62,089 bases of DNA from a virus (Duplodnaviria > Caudoviricetes), in the IMG/VR virus record IMGVR_UViG_3300032243_000799, positions 1 to 62,089 of that record; one strand, given 5' to 3'. The notes beneath the pieces were generated by a model that was not told the origin of the DNA, did not search any database, and saw only the letters and a program-made list of their open reading frames with translations. The position numbers were made by a program, and so were the translations under genes. The stretch's first letter is position 1; each line of letters starts with the position of its first letter. Positions 10,241-19,469 of this stretch are shown here, in pieces.

Positions 10241-10594
10241 TTATCTAAAACTACTCCATAGATATAAATTTATTGCAGTTAGGGCATTGGTTGGCAAATC
10301 TACTGTAGATAATGTTGTGCCACTAGTAATCCTGCCCTTAGAATCGGTGGTGACTTTAGTATAGGTTCCAGATGTTCCAACACTAGTTAACGTTGGATTA
10401 GGATAACTACCTGTAAGATCTCCACCAGCCGCTCCAGAAATAGCTATAGGGTTGAGCTGAGACCATGTGCTGGATCCATCACCAACTTTTAATATCAGAG
10501 TATCTGTGGCAAATACTAATTCTCCAGTAGGAATTATTGGATTGTTTGAGCTTAAAGCACTACTTGTTCCTCTTTTTATTTGAATACTAGGCAT
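10241..10594 (-). CDS. Short fibre protein with Mtd/hyaluronidase-type N-terminal domain
   Basis: IQIKRGT...GELVFATDT...KVGDG..W motif followed by GGDLTGSYPNP and YTKVTTDSKGRIT. Confidence 0.65.
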   Translation of the reverse strand: MPSIQIKRGTSSALSSNNPIIPTGELVFATDTLILKVGDGSSTWSQLNPIAISGAAGGDLTGSYPNPTLTSVGTSGTYTKVTTDSKGRITSGTTLSTVDLPTNALTAINLYLWSSFR

Positions 10595-11081
10595 TATTTA
10601 AACTCTCCCATAACTTTATATCATCAGCATATATTTGACGAACTATAGCTTCTTGGTCAGAAGTAAGAGTTGGTTTATCTTTTTCATCTGAATTTGAAAA
10701 TATATTAATTGGCCAAGTAAGACCGAGCCATTCTGCGCATAATTCTAGTTCAGTTTCAAATCTAAAATATCTAACAAAAGACCCTATTTGTAGTGGTGGA
10801 TACATAGGACTAATTAATTGTTCTTCAATATTTAATTTTCTATGAGCTATCATTGACCTAAAACGCTCTATAGGATTACGAACAATAATAGCTGTATTAA
10901 TATTGTCTCCATTCCAGTTTTCTTGAGATGGTAAAAATGCTGCCGGATGCTTATTAGGATTGACGATAGTTATTTCGGGCCACCAAGTTTCTAAAGCTTT
11001 ATACACAAATGAGTGACTAGCGGTTCTTGGTGTCAAGTATAAAGCATTATTATTAGTTGGAGATCTTAAAATATTACCCAT
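10587..11081 (-). CDS. Sulfotransferase family 2-like protein
   Basis: TPRTASHS (5'-PSB-like) and IVRNPIERFRS (3'-PB-like) motifs, RFE, YADD tail; start set to MGNILR. Confidence 0.65.
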   Translation of the reverse strand: MGNILRSPTNNNALYLTPRTASHSFVYKALETWWPEITIVNPNKHPAAFLPSQENWNGDNINTAIIVRNPIERFRSMIAHRKLNIEEQLISPMYPPLQIGSFVRYFRFETELELCAEWLGLTWPINIFSNSDEKDKPTLTSDQEAIVRQIYADDIKLWESLNNA

Positions 11082-11091
11082 ATTTTTATCC

Positions 11092-12333
11092 TTATGTAAA
11101 GTATAACACCACCGCGCCATTTCCAGACCGCGAATCTCCCCAAAGAGTACCGCCACCGCCGCCACCATACCCAGCAGCATAATCTGCTCCATATTTGACT
11201 GTTGCCCCAGCAGAACCAAATGCTGCTGATGCTCCACAATCTTCTGTAGTTTTGCCTCCAGCTAATGCGACAGCGGCTAATAGGCCAGAAATATCTGTTG
11301 CTGGTCTACGTCCGCAAGATTGAATTGTTCCGCTATTTCCACCAACAGCACCCCCGTATTGTGCAACGCCGAAGTTTTGAGAAGAAGCCCCACCATTTGC
11401 ACCACCGTCTCCGCCGGAAAATGTTCCACCTGCTGCTGATCCACTACTAAAGCCTTTTCCTCCTCCTCCAGTAATTGTTGTTCCATTATATGTTATAGTA
11501 GTATCTCCTCCAGCATTACCTAAAATATTAGTTAATCCAATAGTATAAGAAATGGTGCCTCCAGAAATACTCCAAGTTTTATACGATACGCCACCAGCAC
11601 CAGCACTACTGTTCCAACCACCACCAGCGCCTACAGCCCAAGCTTTCATTGTTGTGGCACCGGCTGGGATTGAGTAGCTTGTTCCGGTGGTTAATAAAAC
11701 GGCTGTGGGACTATAAGCACCCGTAACCGTCAATGTTGCTGATGAAGAGGTAGAAGAGGATAAATTTGCTGATAATATACATCTATATTGATATCCATTA
11801 GCAGATAATTGAACATTTGATAAGGTTAATGTCGAACCTGTAGCTCCGCTAATATTGGACCAAGATGATCCACTATTAGTTGACAATTGCCATTGATATG
11901 ATAAAGATGTTGATGGCGAAGATGCTGTTGCTGTTATAGAAAAAGAAGTGTTTTGTGTTGCTGCTACTGAAGTATTAGATGGTTGCGAAGATATAGTTAT
12001 TAAAGGATATGTTCCAAGATCATAAGGGTCGGAAATACTACCTCCAGAAGAACTAATGGTAAAAATTCCACTAGATGAACTCAAAGTGATATTACTACCA
12101 GCTATTAAATTTTTGACAGGTAGTACTCCACTTACACTACTATTAAAATCAGTAATATTTAATGAAGTTAAATTGATAGTATTTAAACTATTCCAATTAG
12201 TTGTGCCATCTCCAATCTTCAATACTCTATTGGTAGTATCAAATCCTGGTTCGCCACTAGCCAATACTGGATTAGTGGATGTCCATGTGCTAGACGATCC
12301 TTTTCTTATTTTTATCGTATTATTAACCGGCAT
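11092..12333 (-). CDS. Fibre protein: Mtd-type N-terminus, Ig-like domain, glycine-rich C-terminus
   Basis: GEPGFDTT..KIGDG; ITISSQP...YQWQ...YQYRC Ig domain; GAGGG repeats. Confidence 0.7.
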   Translation of the reverse strand: MPVNNTIKIRKGSSSTWTSTNPVLASGEPGFDTTNRVLKIGDGTTNWNSLNTINLTSLNITDFNSSVSGVLPVKNLIAGSNITLSSSSGIFTISSSGGSISDPYDLGTYPLITISSQPSNTSVAATQNTSFSITATASSPSTSLSYQWQLSTNSGSSWSNISGATGSTLTLSNVQLSANGYQYRCILSANLSSSTSSSATLTVTGAYSPTAVLLTTGTSYSIPAGATTMKAWAVGAGGGWNSSAGAGGVSYKTWSISGGTISYTIGLTNILGNAGGDTTITYNGTTITGGGGKGFSSGSAAGGTFSGGDGGANGGASSQNFGVAQYGGAVGGNSGTIQSCGRRPATDISGLLAAVALAGGKTTEDCGASAAFGSAGATVKYGADYAAGYGGGGGGTLWGDSRSGNGAVVLYFT

Positions 12334-12334
12334 T

Positions 12335-13438
12335 TCAAGGTGTTCCTCCGTCTATAACTATACCCGATGCTAATGAATATCCCGATGCTCCCAAAATATT
12401 ATTACCTATTACAGTAGTCCCATTTAGTTTATATGTTAAACTACTACTATTTAAATTAATATTTTCACTACTTGTCCAACTAGTTGTACTATTAACCCAC
12501 TTAAATTCTTTATCGCTTGTTCCTTTTAGTGTTATACCACCACCATCAGCAGTTGTGTCTGTTGGTGAATTTACACTTCCGAGTTCAAGATTTTTATCAT
12601 CAACATTAACAATGGTACTATTTATAGTAGTTGTGGTACCATTAACTGTCAAATCTCCACTTAATGTAAGATTACGTATTCCTGTAAAATCTTTATTAGA
12701 GTCTAGAACTACTGCTTTACTGGCCTCACCAGTTCCTGGGCCACTAGTTAAATCTAAGTAATTAACTTCAGATGCTGTTGCAGTAACATCCGTTGCTCCT
12801 TGGGATAGTGTGTGGGTATGTCCACTAACACTATAATTACCACTAGGTTGTAATCCTGTTACACTAATTATAAAATTACCAGATGAGTTACTAACATTTA
12901 CATATCCACTACCATTAACATTAACATTTACTACTGGTAATAAACCACTAACAGCGCTATTAAAATCTGTAATATTAGATGCTGTATGATTATGGCCACT
13001 TAAAGAAACACCAGTTACAGCTACAGTTAAAGTATTAGCAGAATCATTATAACTTAATTGAATATTTGATCCGGCTACTAATAAATCATTAGTTCTATCA
13101 TCTATAGCTTCATTAAGGCCCGTAACATCACTAGCTTGTACTGTTGGACTATTTAAACTAATAGTAGTATTACCACTAGTGTCATTATAGCTAATGTTAA
13201 CACCACTAACCCCAACTAAACTAGATCCAATAATATCTTGTACAGATTCTGTGAGGTCTGAAGGCGATACGGCGGCATATGGTAATGAGGACCATATTGT
13301 GGATCCGTCTCCAATTTTAAATTTGCCAGTATCTGTCTCATAGCCTATTTCCCCAGCATACAAAACTTGAGTTGTCCACTGGTAGCTACCAGATCCAGCA
13401 GTACCTCTTCTTACCTGAATTCTATTTTGAACTGGCAT
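12335..13438 (-). CDS. Fibre protein with Mtd-type N-terminus
   Basis: IQVRRGT...GEIGYETDTGKFKIGDG; HxH motifs; GDLTVNGTTTTINST...DKNLELG...ADGGGITLKG. Confidence 0.7.
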   Translation of the reverse strand: MPVQNRIQVRRGTAGSGSYQWTTQVLYAGEIGYETDTGKFKIGDGSTIWSSLPYAAVSPSDLTESVQDIIGSSLVGVSGVNISYNDTSGNTTISLNSPTVQASDVTGLNEAIDDRTNDLLVAGSNIQLSYNDSANTLTVAVTGVSLSGHNHTASNITDFNSAVSGLLPVVNVNVNGSGYVNVSNSSGNFIISVTGLQPSGNYSVSGHTHTLSQGATDVTATASEVNYLDLTSGPGTGEASKAVVLDSNKDFTGIRNLTLSGDLTVNGTTTTINSTIVNVDDKNLELGSVNSPTDTTADGGGITLKGTSDKEFKWVNSTTSWTSSENINLNSSSLTYKLNGTTVIGNNILGASGYSLASGIVIDGGTP

Positions 13439-13450
13439 ACTATTCTCCTT

Positions 13451-13756
13451 TTATGGTGACCCACCATCTATGGGTATTGTAGCTAAATATGTGTCTAAGT
13501 TATCTATACGACTAACATCTAAATTTCCAGTAATAATAGTCATTGGTATTTCATTCGGTAATTGCCCATATATACTATTACTCACTGTTAAATCATAATA
13601 ATTATATCTTTCTATATCAATATTATTAATGCTATCTAAAAATGTTGCTTGTATTTCTATAGTATTAGATTCTGAATTTTCTATAGACAATGTGGCTAAA
13701 GAACTATCATTTAAATCTAGTGAGCTTCTCTCTATATCAATTATAAAATCTGTCAT
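13451..13756 (-). CDS. Hypothetical acidic virion protein ending IDGGSP
   Basis: ATGA-coupled to the upstream gene; shares its IDGGxP C-terminus with 12335-13438. Confidence 0.55.
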   Translation of the reverse strand: MTDFIIDIERSSLDLNDSSLATLSIENSESNTIEIQATFLDSINNIDIERYNYYDLTVSNSIYGQLPNEIPMTIITGNLDVSRIDNLDTYLATIPIDGGSP

Positions 13757-14154
13757 ACACAATCAATCTGTGATGTTGCTTGACTAAATCTTTTTACAAT
13801 ATTCACTGTGCCAAATAGTATTCTTGTTATTGTTTTACCTCCTCCAACGTATAACTCTTCCGGAGACTGTAGCTCTAAATCATATTTAGCCGAATTAAAA
13901 TTAAAATTATTAGTAATAGTTGCTGGTAGTAAAAAAGTTATTTTACCATTAGGTCCGTCGATACTAAAATTATATAATGTTAAATCAGTATTATCTGTAG
14001 AAAATATTTGGGTTAAATTATTATTAGTTGTCCAAACTAATCTTGCACACCAGTTTGTTAGATCTACTATATTACCATCTTTATCTTTATAGGTAAGAGC
14101 TAATCTAAAAGAGGTGCCTTGTTCGATAGGGAAATCGTACTTTTGAGCCGACAT
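13753..14154 (-). CDS. BppU-like fibre adaptor, paralog of 7629-8048
   Basis: YDFPIEQGTSF...VDLTNWCARL...AKYDLEL...ILFGTV. Confidence 0.55.
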   Translation of the reverse strand: MSAQKYDFPIEQGTSFRLALTYKDKDGNIVDLTNWCARLVWTTNNNLTQIFSTDNTDLTLYNFSIDGPNGKITFLLPATITNNFNFNSAKYDLELQSPEELYVGGGKTITRILFGTVNIVKRFSQATSQIDCV

Positions 14155-14207
14155 AATAGTTTCCTATCTAAATAAAAAGTAAGTTATCTATCTTTTATAA
14201 TACACCT

Positions 14208-14238
14208 AAAAAAAAAGGCCGGCGCAAGGCCAGCCTTT
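14208..14238 (-). terminator. Rho-independent terminator after the capsid gene
   Basis: Minus strand reads AAAGGCTGGC-CTTGC-GCCGGCCTTTTTTTTT. Confidence 0.8.
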
Positions 14239-14265
14239 CTTTATTAAGCGTTTAGCGCTTTATAA

Positions 14266-15276
14266 TCATAGTGAACCAAGTAGTACCCTACGGTTGTCGA
14301 GAACAGCAAAACCCTGCTCTGCCCAGCCATAGAAACCAGCTCTCTTCTGACGATGTAGTGTATCGTCCTCGAAGACTTGGAGCTGTTCACGAATTGGCAT
14401 AATGAAGGCATCGCTCTTACGAAGATCCAAACCAAGAACAACCTCTGTTTTTGATGGACCAAGAGTTCCACTAAGAACATTGCTATAGAATAGCTGATAT
14501 TCTTGACCTTCACCAAGTTCGTCACGATCATGTAGATTAACGCCGAAGACACGGTTAAGAGTACCGTCAGCAGCGGTATAGATCTCACGACGAGTAGTTT
14601 CGTCAACTTGATCAATACCCCAACTACGGATATCTTCCATAGCTTCTGGAGAAACGTATAGGTCAGTTAGTAAACCACGGTTATTAGAAGCCGAGTTACC
14701 GCCACCGTTTCTACGCATAACTGTCTTCATAAGAGAAACTAATCTCTTTGTGAATAAACCAGCGGATGCGTCGCTATCATAAACAACAATATTACGATCA
14801 ACAGCAGCAGCAAGAAGTGTGTGCCAGCCATCATCATTCATCTTCTTTACGAAAGAAGCCTCTAGTACTTCCATAGCACGACCAACTACGTCCCAACGAG
14901 CATCACGAGCATACTTTAGGAGATAGTCGATACTAGCGCCAATGTCATAGGTTGGAACCATGACGTAATCGCCTTCAACGTGCTTCTCTGGAATATAACC
15001 GTGGTTAGGAATAGTATAGGCAACGAAATCTTTTTCGGTGCCAGGAGCTAGAAAATCAAGAGGAAATTCTGGAGTAGCACCTTGCTGGAGCTGGATTGGC
15101 TCGAAGATATTATCTAGAATGTTACCACTTAAAACGCCTTGTCTTAGAGGAAGTTCTAGAGCCTTTGCAAATTCAGCATTAGCCGCAAGAGCCTCTTCTT
15201 TCTTAAGTGAACCAGAACGAACAAGAAGATCTGTTAATTCTGGTGTTGGTTGAAATACTTTAGTGTTACCTGACAT
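14266..15276 (-). CDS. Major capsid protein (HK97 fold)
   Basis: 336 aa with highly biased codons; gene order portal-protease-decoration-MCP followed by a terminator; C-terminal GFYGWAEQGFAVLD. Confidence 0.85.
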   Translation of the reverse strand: MSGNTKVFQPTPELTDLLVRSGSLKKEEALAANAEFAKALELPLRQGVLSGNILDNIFEPIQLQQGATPEFPLDFLAPGTEKDFVAYTIPNHGYIPEKHVEGDYVMVPTYDIGASIDYLLKYARDARWDVVGRAMEVLEASFVKKMNDDGWHTLLAAAVDRNIVVYDSDASAGLFTKRLVSLMKTVMRRNGGGNSASNNRGLLTDLYVSPEAMEDIRSWGIDQVDETTRREIYTAADGTLNRVFGVNLHDRDELGEGQEYQLFYSNVLSGTLGPSKTEVVLGLDLRKSDAFIMPIREQLQVFEDDTLHRQKRAGFYGWAEQGFAVLDNRRVLLGSL

Positions 15277-15303
15277 GTTTTTCTCCCTTTATGTATTTAA
15301 AAC

Positions 15304-15759
15304 TTAAGCAATGTTTACAGAGACTTTTGCGTAACCATCAGCGTCCTTGGAACTCAAGAACTGGCCGACCTTAACGGCATTTGTACTTGATGTGCCAATA
15401 AGACCACTTACTCCAACATAAGCGTCGTCACCAGCCGATGGTGTTGCGCCTGATACTATCATGTTGGTTGAAACCTGACCATTACGAAGTACAGTGACCT
15501 TGCCACCTAGTTGTACTTCATCTTTGTGCCAGTTGATGTGCTGTCTAGTTAGATCTAGATTCACAACGTCGTTGAGTAGTACCCCTACTGGCTTAGAGCC
15601 ACTAACAGCAGCCTTATAGGCTACTACAGCGTTGGCGTCATCCATAGAAACACCTGAGCCAGCAGTAACAACGGATACAACACCGCCTCTTTCTGCTGTT
15701 GTGTTCATGAAGAACGAAACATCTGTTAAAAGTTCAATACGATCTGGTTTAAGAGCCAT
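15304..15759 (-). CDS. Capsid decoration/cement protein
   Basis: 151 aa beta-tulip-like pattern (PVGVL...GKVTVLRNG...GDDAYVGVSG...VGQFL) directly before the MCP. Confidence 0.7.
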   Translation of the reverse strand: MALKPDRIELLTDVSFFMNTTAERGGVVSVVTAGSGVSMDDANAVVAYKAAVSGSKPVGVLLNDVVNLDLTRQHINWHKDEVQLGGKVTVLRNGQVSTNMIVSGATPSAGDDAYVGVSGLIGTSSTNAVKVGQFLSSKDADGYAKVSVNIA

Positions 15760-15761
15760 TG

Positions 15762-16394
15762 TTATTCTCCCTTATTAAGATTTTTGCCTAATCTATGACA
15801 AACAAATTCAACTAAAGCCGCCCTGGTTGTCTGAACATCAGCATCAGCGTCGCCAGCAACACCTAGATTGATGTCGTTTTCTACTTCAACGTTGTCTAAA
15901 GACTCGGTATCTGTATTATTACTTGAAGCTTTTGTTTTAGCGACACTTGCTTCTTCTTTCATATTTTCTTCTTCATCCTTAACTGCTTTTTTCTTCATAG
16001 CAGCAACAAGGATTTGAGCAAGGGCATCAAAAGCTTCATCTTCTAGATTTTCAAACTTTTCTACTGTTGCAGTAGCGGTATCTTGATCTAGACCATTATC
16101 GATTAGAGAAGCCATTCTTTTCATCTTCTTCTCTTTTTTCATCATTTCTTCTTCTTTGGTCTTATAGCCAGCAATAACTTCATTGGCAACTTCTAGTGCG
16201 GCTTTTAGATTTTTGTTCTCTTCGTCTTTACTATCTTCATCTTCTTTCATCTTCTTTGCAGCTTCGGCTGTATTAGCAGCTAGTGCATCATATGAACTTT
16301 GAAGAGTTGCAAGATCATTGTTCTTGTTGACAATTTCTGTCTCAAGAGCTTCAACCTTGGCTTGTAGTTCTGCAACTTCTTTATCTAGACTCAT
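15762..16394 (-). CDS. Nested in-frame scaffold protein (MSLDKEVAEL..., 210 aa)
   Basis: Internal ATG 16394 with GGAG SD and a GGTGTAT motif about 40 nt upstream. Confidence 0.6.
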   Translation of the reverse strand: MSLDKEVAELQAKVEALETEIVNKNNDLATLQSSYDALAANTAEAAKKMKEDEDSKDEENKNLKAALEVANEVIAGYKTKEEEMMKKEKKMKRMASLIDNGLDQDTATATVEKFENLEDEAFDALAQILVAAMKKKAVKDEEENMKEEASVAKTKASSNNTDTESLDNVEVENDINLGVAGDADADVQTTRAALVEFVCHRLGKNLNKGE

Positions 16395-17222
16395 AGTATA
16401 ATTCTCCACATTGAGGTTTGACTGATTATTAGATACACCCGATATTATTAAATTATTATTTTTTATTTCTGAATTTTGAATTTTTTCATCAGGAATAAGA
16501 TTCTTATTAAAGATTATACTATCTGGATTGGCTGGCTTATTAACAAAACCCTTTCCAGAAAACGTAATATTTCTTAATACTCTACCAATCTTATAGTTTT
16601 GATGTTCGCCGTCGCCACCATAAGCTCGTAGATATTTTGTTAAATATGCTGTTGCTTCATTTCTTGGTAAAATATGATAACTTCCATTAGACTTGTCTAT
16701 TAAACCATAATCAAAATTTTTGAAAAAACATTCCATACTAACGTATTTTTCGCCATTTTCGATTTCAGAAATCAACTGGTCGGCTCTGGCCTTAAGGTCA
16801 GGATTTGTAAAAATCTTATAAATAACAGAGCCTGTTAAAATATGAAATTTATTAGGAAGATTATTAGGATCAGTATTTTCATCTATAAGATTACCATCTT
16901 CTGTTATTGGCCAGTTTGATGTTATATGGCCAATTATAGTATTTTCATCGTGCTCTAGATTTGTTGGTTTATCTTCTGGAGTATTTCTTGCTGCCCAAAT
17001 TTCTTTACTATCGAATATATCGTCGTTTTTATTCCAAGAAGAACTAACTAAAATAGATTGAACATAGTATAAATCACTATCGTCAATAGATGCTAAGCTT
17101 TTGATATTTTTGAGTTTTCTAGTAGATGAACATGGCTCTGCAAAAGAAGCATAAGAAATTGATGCAGATGAGGATAGAAGGTTTTCGATTCCATCTAATT
17201 TTTCTTGCTCATATATTTTCAT
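15762..17222 (-). CDS. Prohead protease fused to a C-terminal coiled-coil scaffold
   Basis: NKNDD, NLEH, IIGH, VSMEC, FSGKGFVNKPANP protease motifs; acidic coiled-coil C-terminal half. Confidence 0.8.
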   Translation of the reverse strand: MKIYEQEKLDGIENLLSSSASISYASFAEPCSSTRKLKNIKSLASIDDSDLYYVQSILVSSSWNKNDDIFDSKEIWAARNTPEDKPTNLEHDENTIIGHITSNWPITEDGNLIDENTDPNNLPNKFHILTGSVIYKIFTNPDLKARADQLISEIENGEKYVSMECFFKNFDYGLIDKSNGSYHILPRNEATAYLTKYLRAYGGDGEHQNYKIGRVLRNITFSGKGFVNKPANPDSIIFNKNLIPDEKIQNSEIKNNNLIISGVSNNQSNLNVENYTMSLDKEVAELQAKVEALETEIVNKNNDLATLQSSYDALAANTAEAAKKMKEDEDSKDEENKNLKAALEVANEVIAGYKTKEEEMMKKEKKMKRMASLIDNGLDQDTATATVEKFENLEDEAFDALAQILVAAMKKKAVKDEEENMKEEASVAKTKASSNNTDTESLDNVEVENDINLGVAGDADADVQTTRAALVEFVCHRLGKNLNKGE

Positions 17223-17243
17223 ATGTATTACCTTTGTGTAAAT

Positions 17244-19427
17244 TTACTCAATAGTGTACACCAACGAATAAAAAGAGGCCTTAGCTTGTTTGAGTTCTTC
17301 TACAGACAATTCTTTGTTTAATTCATGTTTTAAATTATTTAGCCAATTTATATATGTTGCTATTATAGTATTATGATTTTTATTGTTGATATTTTCTAAA
17401 GCTTTTGATACATTTGAAGACTCTATCATTGAGAGTGGTTTGAAGCTAAATAATATTTTTGTTTTTATACTGTCTAACTCATCTGTTTCTTGCTTAGATA
17501 AACTTCTTAAGTTTTTCTTTTGATAAAAATCTAGCAGTATAGGGTTGATAATTTCGGAAATTTTATCTTGTGCTTCTGAAGCCCAAATCAATAAACTAGC
17601 GCCCGTTTGTGGTTTAAAGGTTTTACTTTTACGTTTTTGTGAATCTTTAGATAGTTTGGGCCTGCCATCGCCAGCTTCCTTGGGCAACGATTCTTGCGAA
17701 TCGTTTGCCAACTTTGTTGGGCTTTGCATAGATTTCATTTCCAGTGCTGTTTTTTCTCCAGATTTTTTCTTAGATAGTTCAAGACCAACTTGGCTCGGAG
17801 TAACCATTCCACCCTGTAAAGCTATTTTCTTAAGAGAGTTTTCAAATTCGGGATCAAACCATGGGCCGGCTTTATTAACCATTCTGCTTGATTTTCTTTC
17901 TCTGGATTCTCTATTGAGTCTTGATTTTTCCATATCTGGGTCAATACCAAACTTGGTTTGTAATAGTTCATCTGATATTAAGTTTCTATCTGCTAACTGT
18001 ACCAGCAAAGCTTTCTCTGAGTCTTCATTACTTAGATCCATTCTATCAAATTCTATTTTTGCTGGATATCTAAATCCCATTGCTTTTTGAACTAGAGCTA
18101 TTTCTCTTTCCCAGAACTGAGTAAGCAAATCTCTTCCATATTGAAGTCTTTGCGTTAATGTCTTTAATGAAATAAAGTTATTGGTTGTTCCAGCAGCGCC
18201 GAAGGTTCCTGTGAGCGTAGGAGGAATACCTAGTCCAGCATAAACAGCATTCATATGTGGAACATATTTACTTTCGCCAAGAAATTGATGGACATTAGTA
18301 TTGCTTTCAAGTAATTCAATATCTGGACCCCATACTAAATCCATAGTTCCACCACCAACATTATTCTCTAATATACTAGCAAGTTTTGCTGTTGCTGCTT
18401 TTGTCGGTGCTATCTTATGTTCTAAGCTTCCTAATTTAAAAATTCTTATATTAGAAATAGCTCCGTCTAAAGCCGCCATATCAGCGAGCTTAAGTTTTTC
18501 AATCACGGTAATATCATCCATAATTGCATATATCATAGGATATGCCCAAGCCTGCCAATCATCTTTTTTATAGTGAAAAACTACTGTCTTTTGAGGATCT
18601 AGTGGATATGCTTTTTTATTTTTTGCTGCTTCAATAATCTGAGGAGGTAATTGATTAACAATGTCTTTTTCTGCTTGTGTTTTAGGAGAGTTAATTAATT
18701 TTCTTAGATAGGCTGGTAAAACTAATTCATATTGTTTATCTTGAACAAAAGAAGATAAAGCACCGGCGGCTATCTCGACTACTACAGGATCTATGAAAGT
18801 GTATTTCCAAGGAATTTCTCTCTTTTCTACCTTGATAGTGTCTAGTTCATTTACTTGTAAATCAGGAGCTGCTATACTTTGATATAGCCTATCTGTTATT
18901 TTAATACTTAGTTTTGCCGTTTGTCTATTAATAACAATATTGCCTGTTTTGTATAGATTGTTTAAGAATCTTTCACTACGATCTTTGCCGTTTATTTTTT
19001 TGAACCAATGACGATAGAATTTTTCTATTCTTTTATTTGTGTGAACTAACTTAACTCCATGAACAGCAAAGTCTCCCATAAGATCAATAACGTTCTTTAC
19101 TAAACCCACTCTTTGATAAATGTCTTCGGCTTTTTTAAGAATAGCTTTGGTTTGGGTCGGAACAGCTTCGTCTGGCCTAAAATAATCGTAGTCTGATCTG
19201 GTTAATCCTGGTTTGCCAGAAATATTTGGACGAAGAAGAGAAAAGTCTCTGGTCATATAACCAGCAGTACTTTTTTGAACAACTGTATATTCACCAAGAG
19301 ACTCTGACGACTGACTTAGTGCTGCTCTTTTGCTATCTAAGTTATCGTCCCATGTTACATAGGCTTCTGTTTTTTCAGAATGAGTATCGGCAATAGTTTC
19401 ACTTTTTGGATATCTCTTTTTGGCCAT
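17244..19427 (-). CDS. Portal protein
   Basis: 727 aa between terminase and protease; LVKNVIDLM, AGLGIPPTL, IEFD portal-like segments. Confidence 0.8.
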   Translation of the reverse strand: MAKKRYPKSETIADTHSEKTEAYVTWDDNLDSKRAALSQSSESLGEYTVVQKSTAGYMTRDFSLLRPNISGKPGLTRSDYDYFRPDEAVPTQTKAILKKAEDIYQRVGLVKNVIDLMGDFAVHGVKLVHTNKRIEKFYRHWFKKINGKDRSERFLNNLYKTGNIVINRQTAKLSIKITDRLYQSIAAPDLQVNELDTIKVEKREIPWKYTFIDPVVVEIAAGALSSFVQDKQYELVLPAYLRKLINSPKTQAEKDIVNQLPPQIIEAAKNKKAYPLDPQKTVVFHYKKDDWQAWAYPMIYAIMDDITVIEKLKLADMAALDGAISNIRIFKLGSLEHKIAPTKAATAKLASILENNVGGGTMDLVWGPDIELLESNTNVHQFLGESKYVPHMNAVYAGLGIPPTLTGTFGAAGTTNNFISLKTLTQRLQYGRDLLTQFWEREIALVQKAMGFRYPAKIEFDRMDLSNEDSEKALLVQLADRNLISDELLQTKFGIDPDMEKSRLNRESRERKSSRMVNKAGPWFDPEFENSLKKIALQGGMVTPSQVGLELSKKKSGEKTALEMKSMQSPTKLANDSQESLPKEAGDGRPKLSKDSQKRKSKTFKPQTGASLLIWASEAQDKISEIINPILLDFYQKKNLRSLSKQETDELDSIKTKILFSFKPLSMIESSNVSKALENINNKNHNTIIATYINWLNNLKHELNKELSVEELKQAKASFYSLVYTIE

Positions 19428-19469
19428 AATTATTTAATTCTATTGTAATGGTATTGTATTATAATTGAC

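Noticed and set aside
10241-13438. Diversity-generating retroelement suggested by the Mtd-type domains
   Set aside because: Only the N-terminal anchor domain is present; no reverse transcriptase or TR/VR pair was seen.
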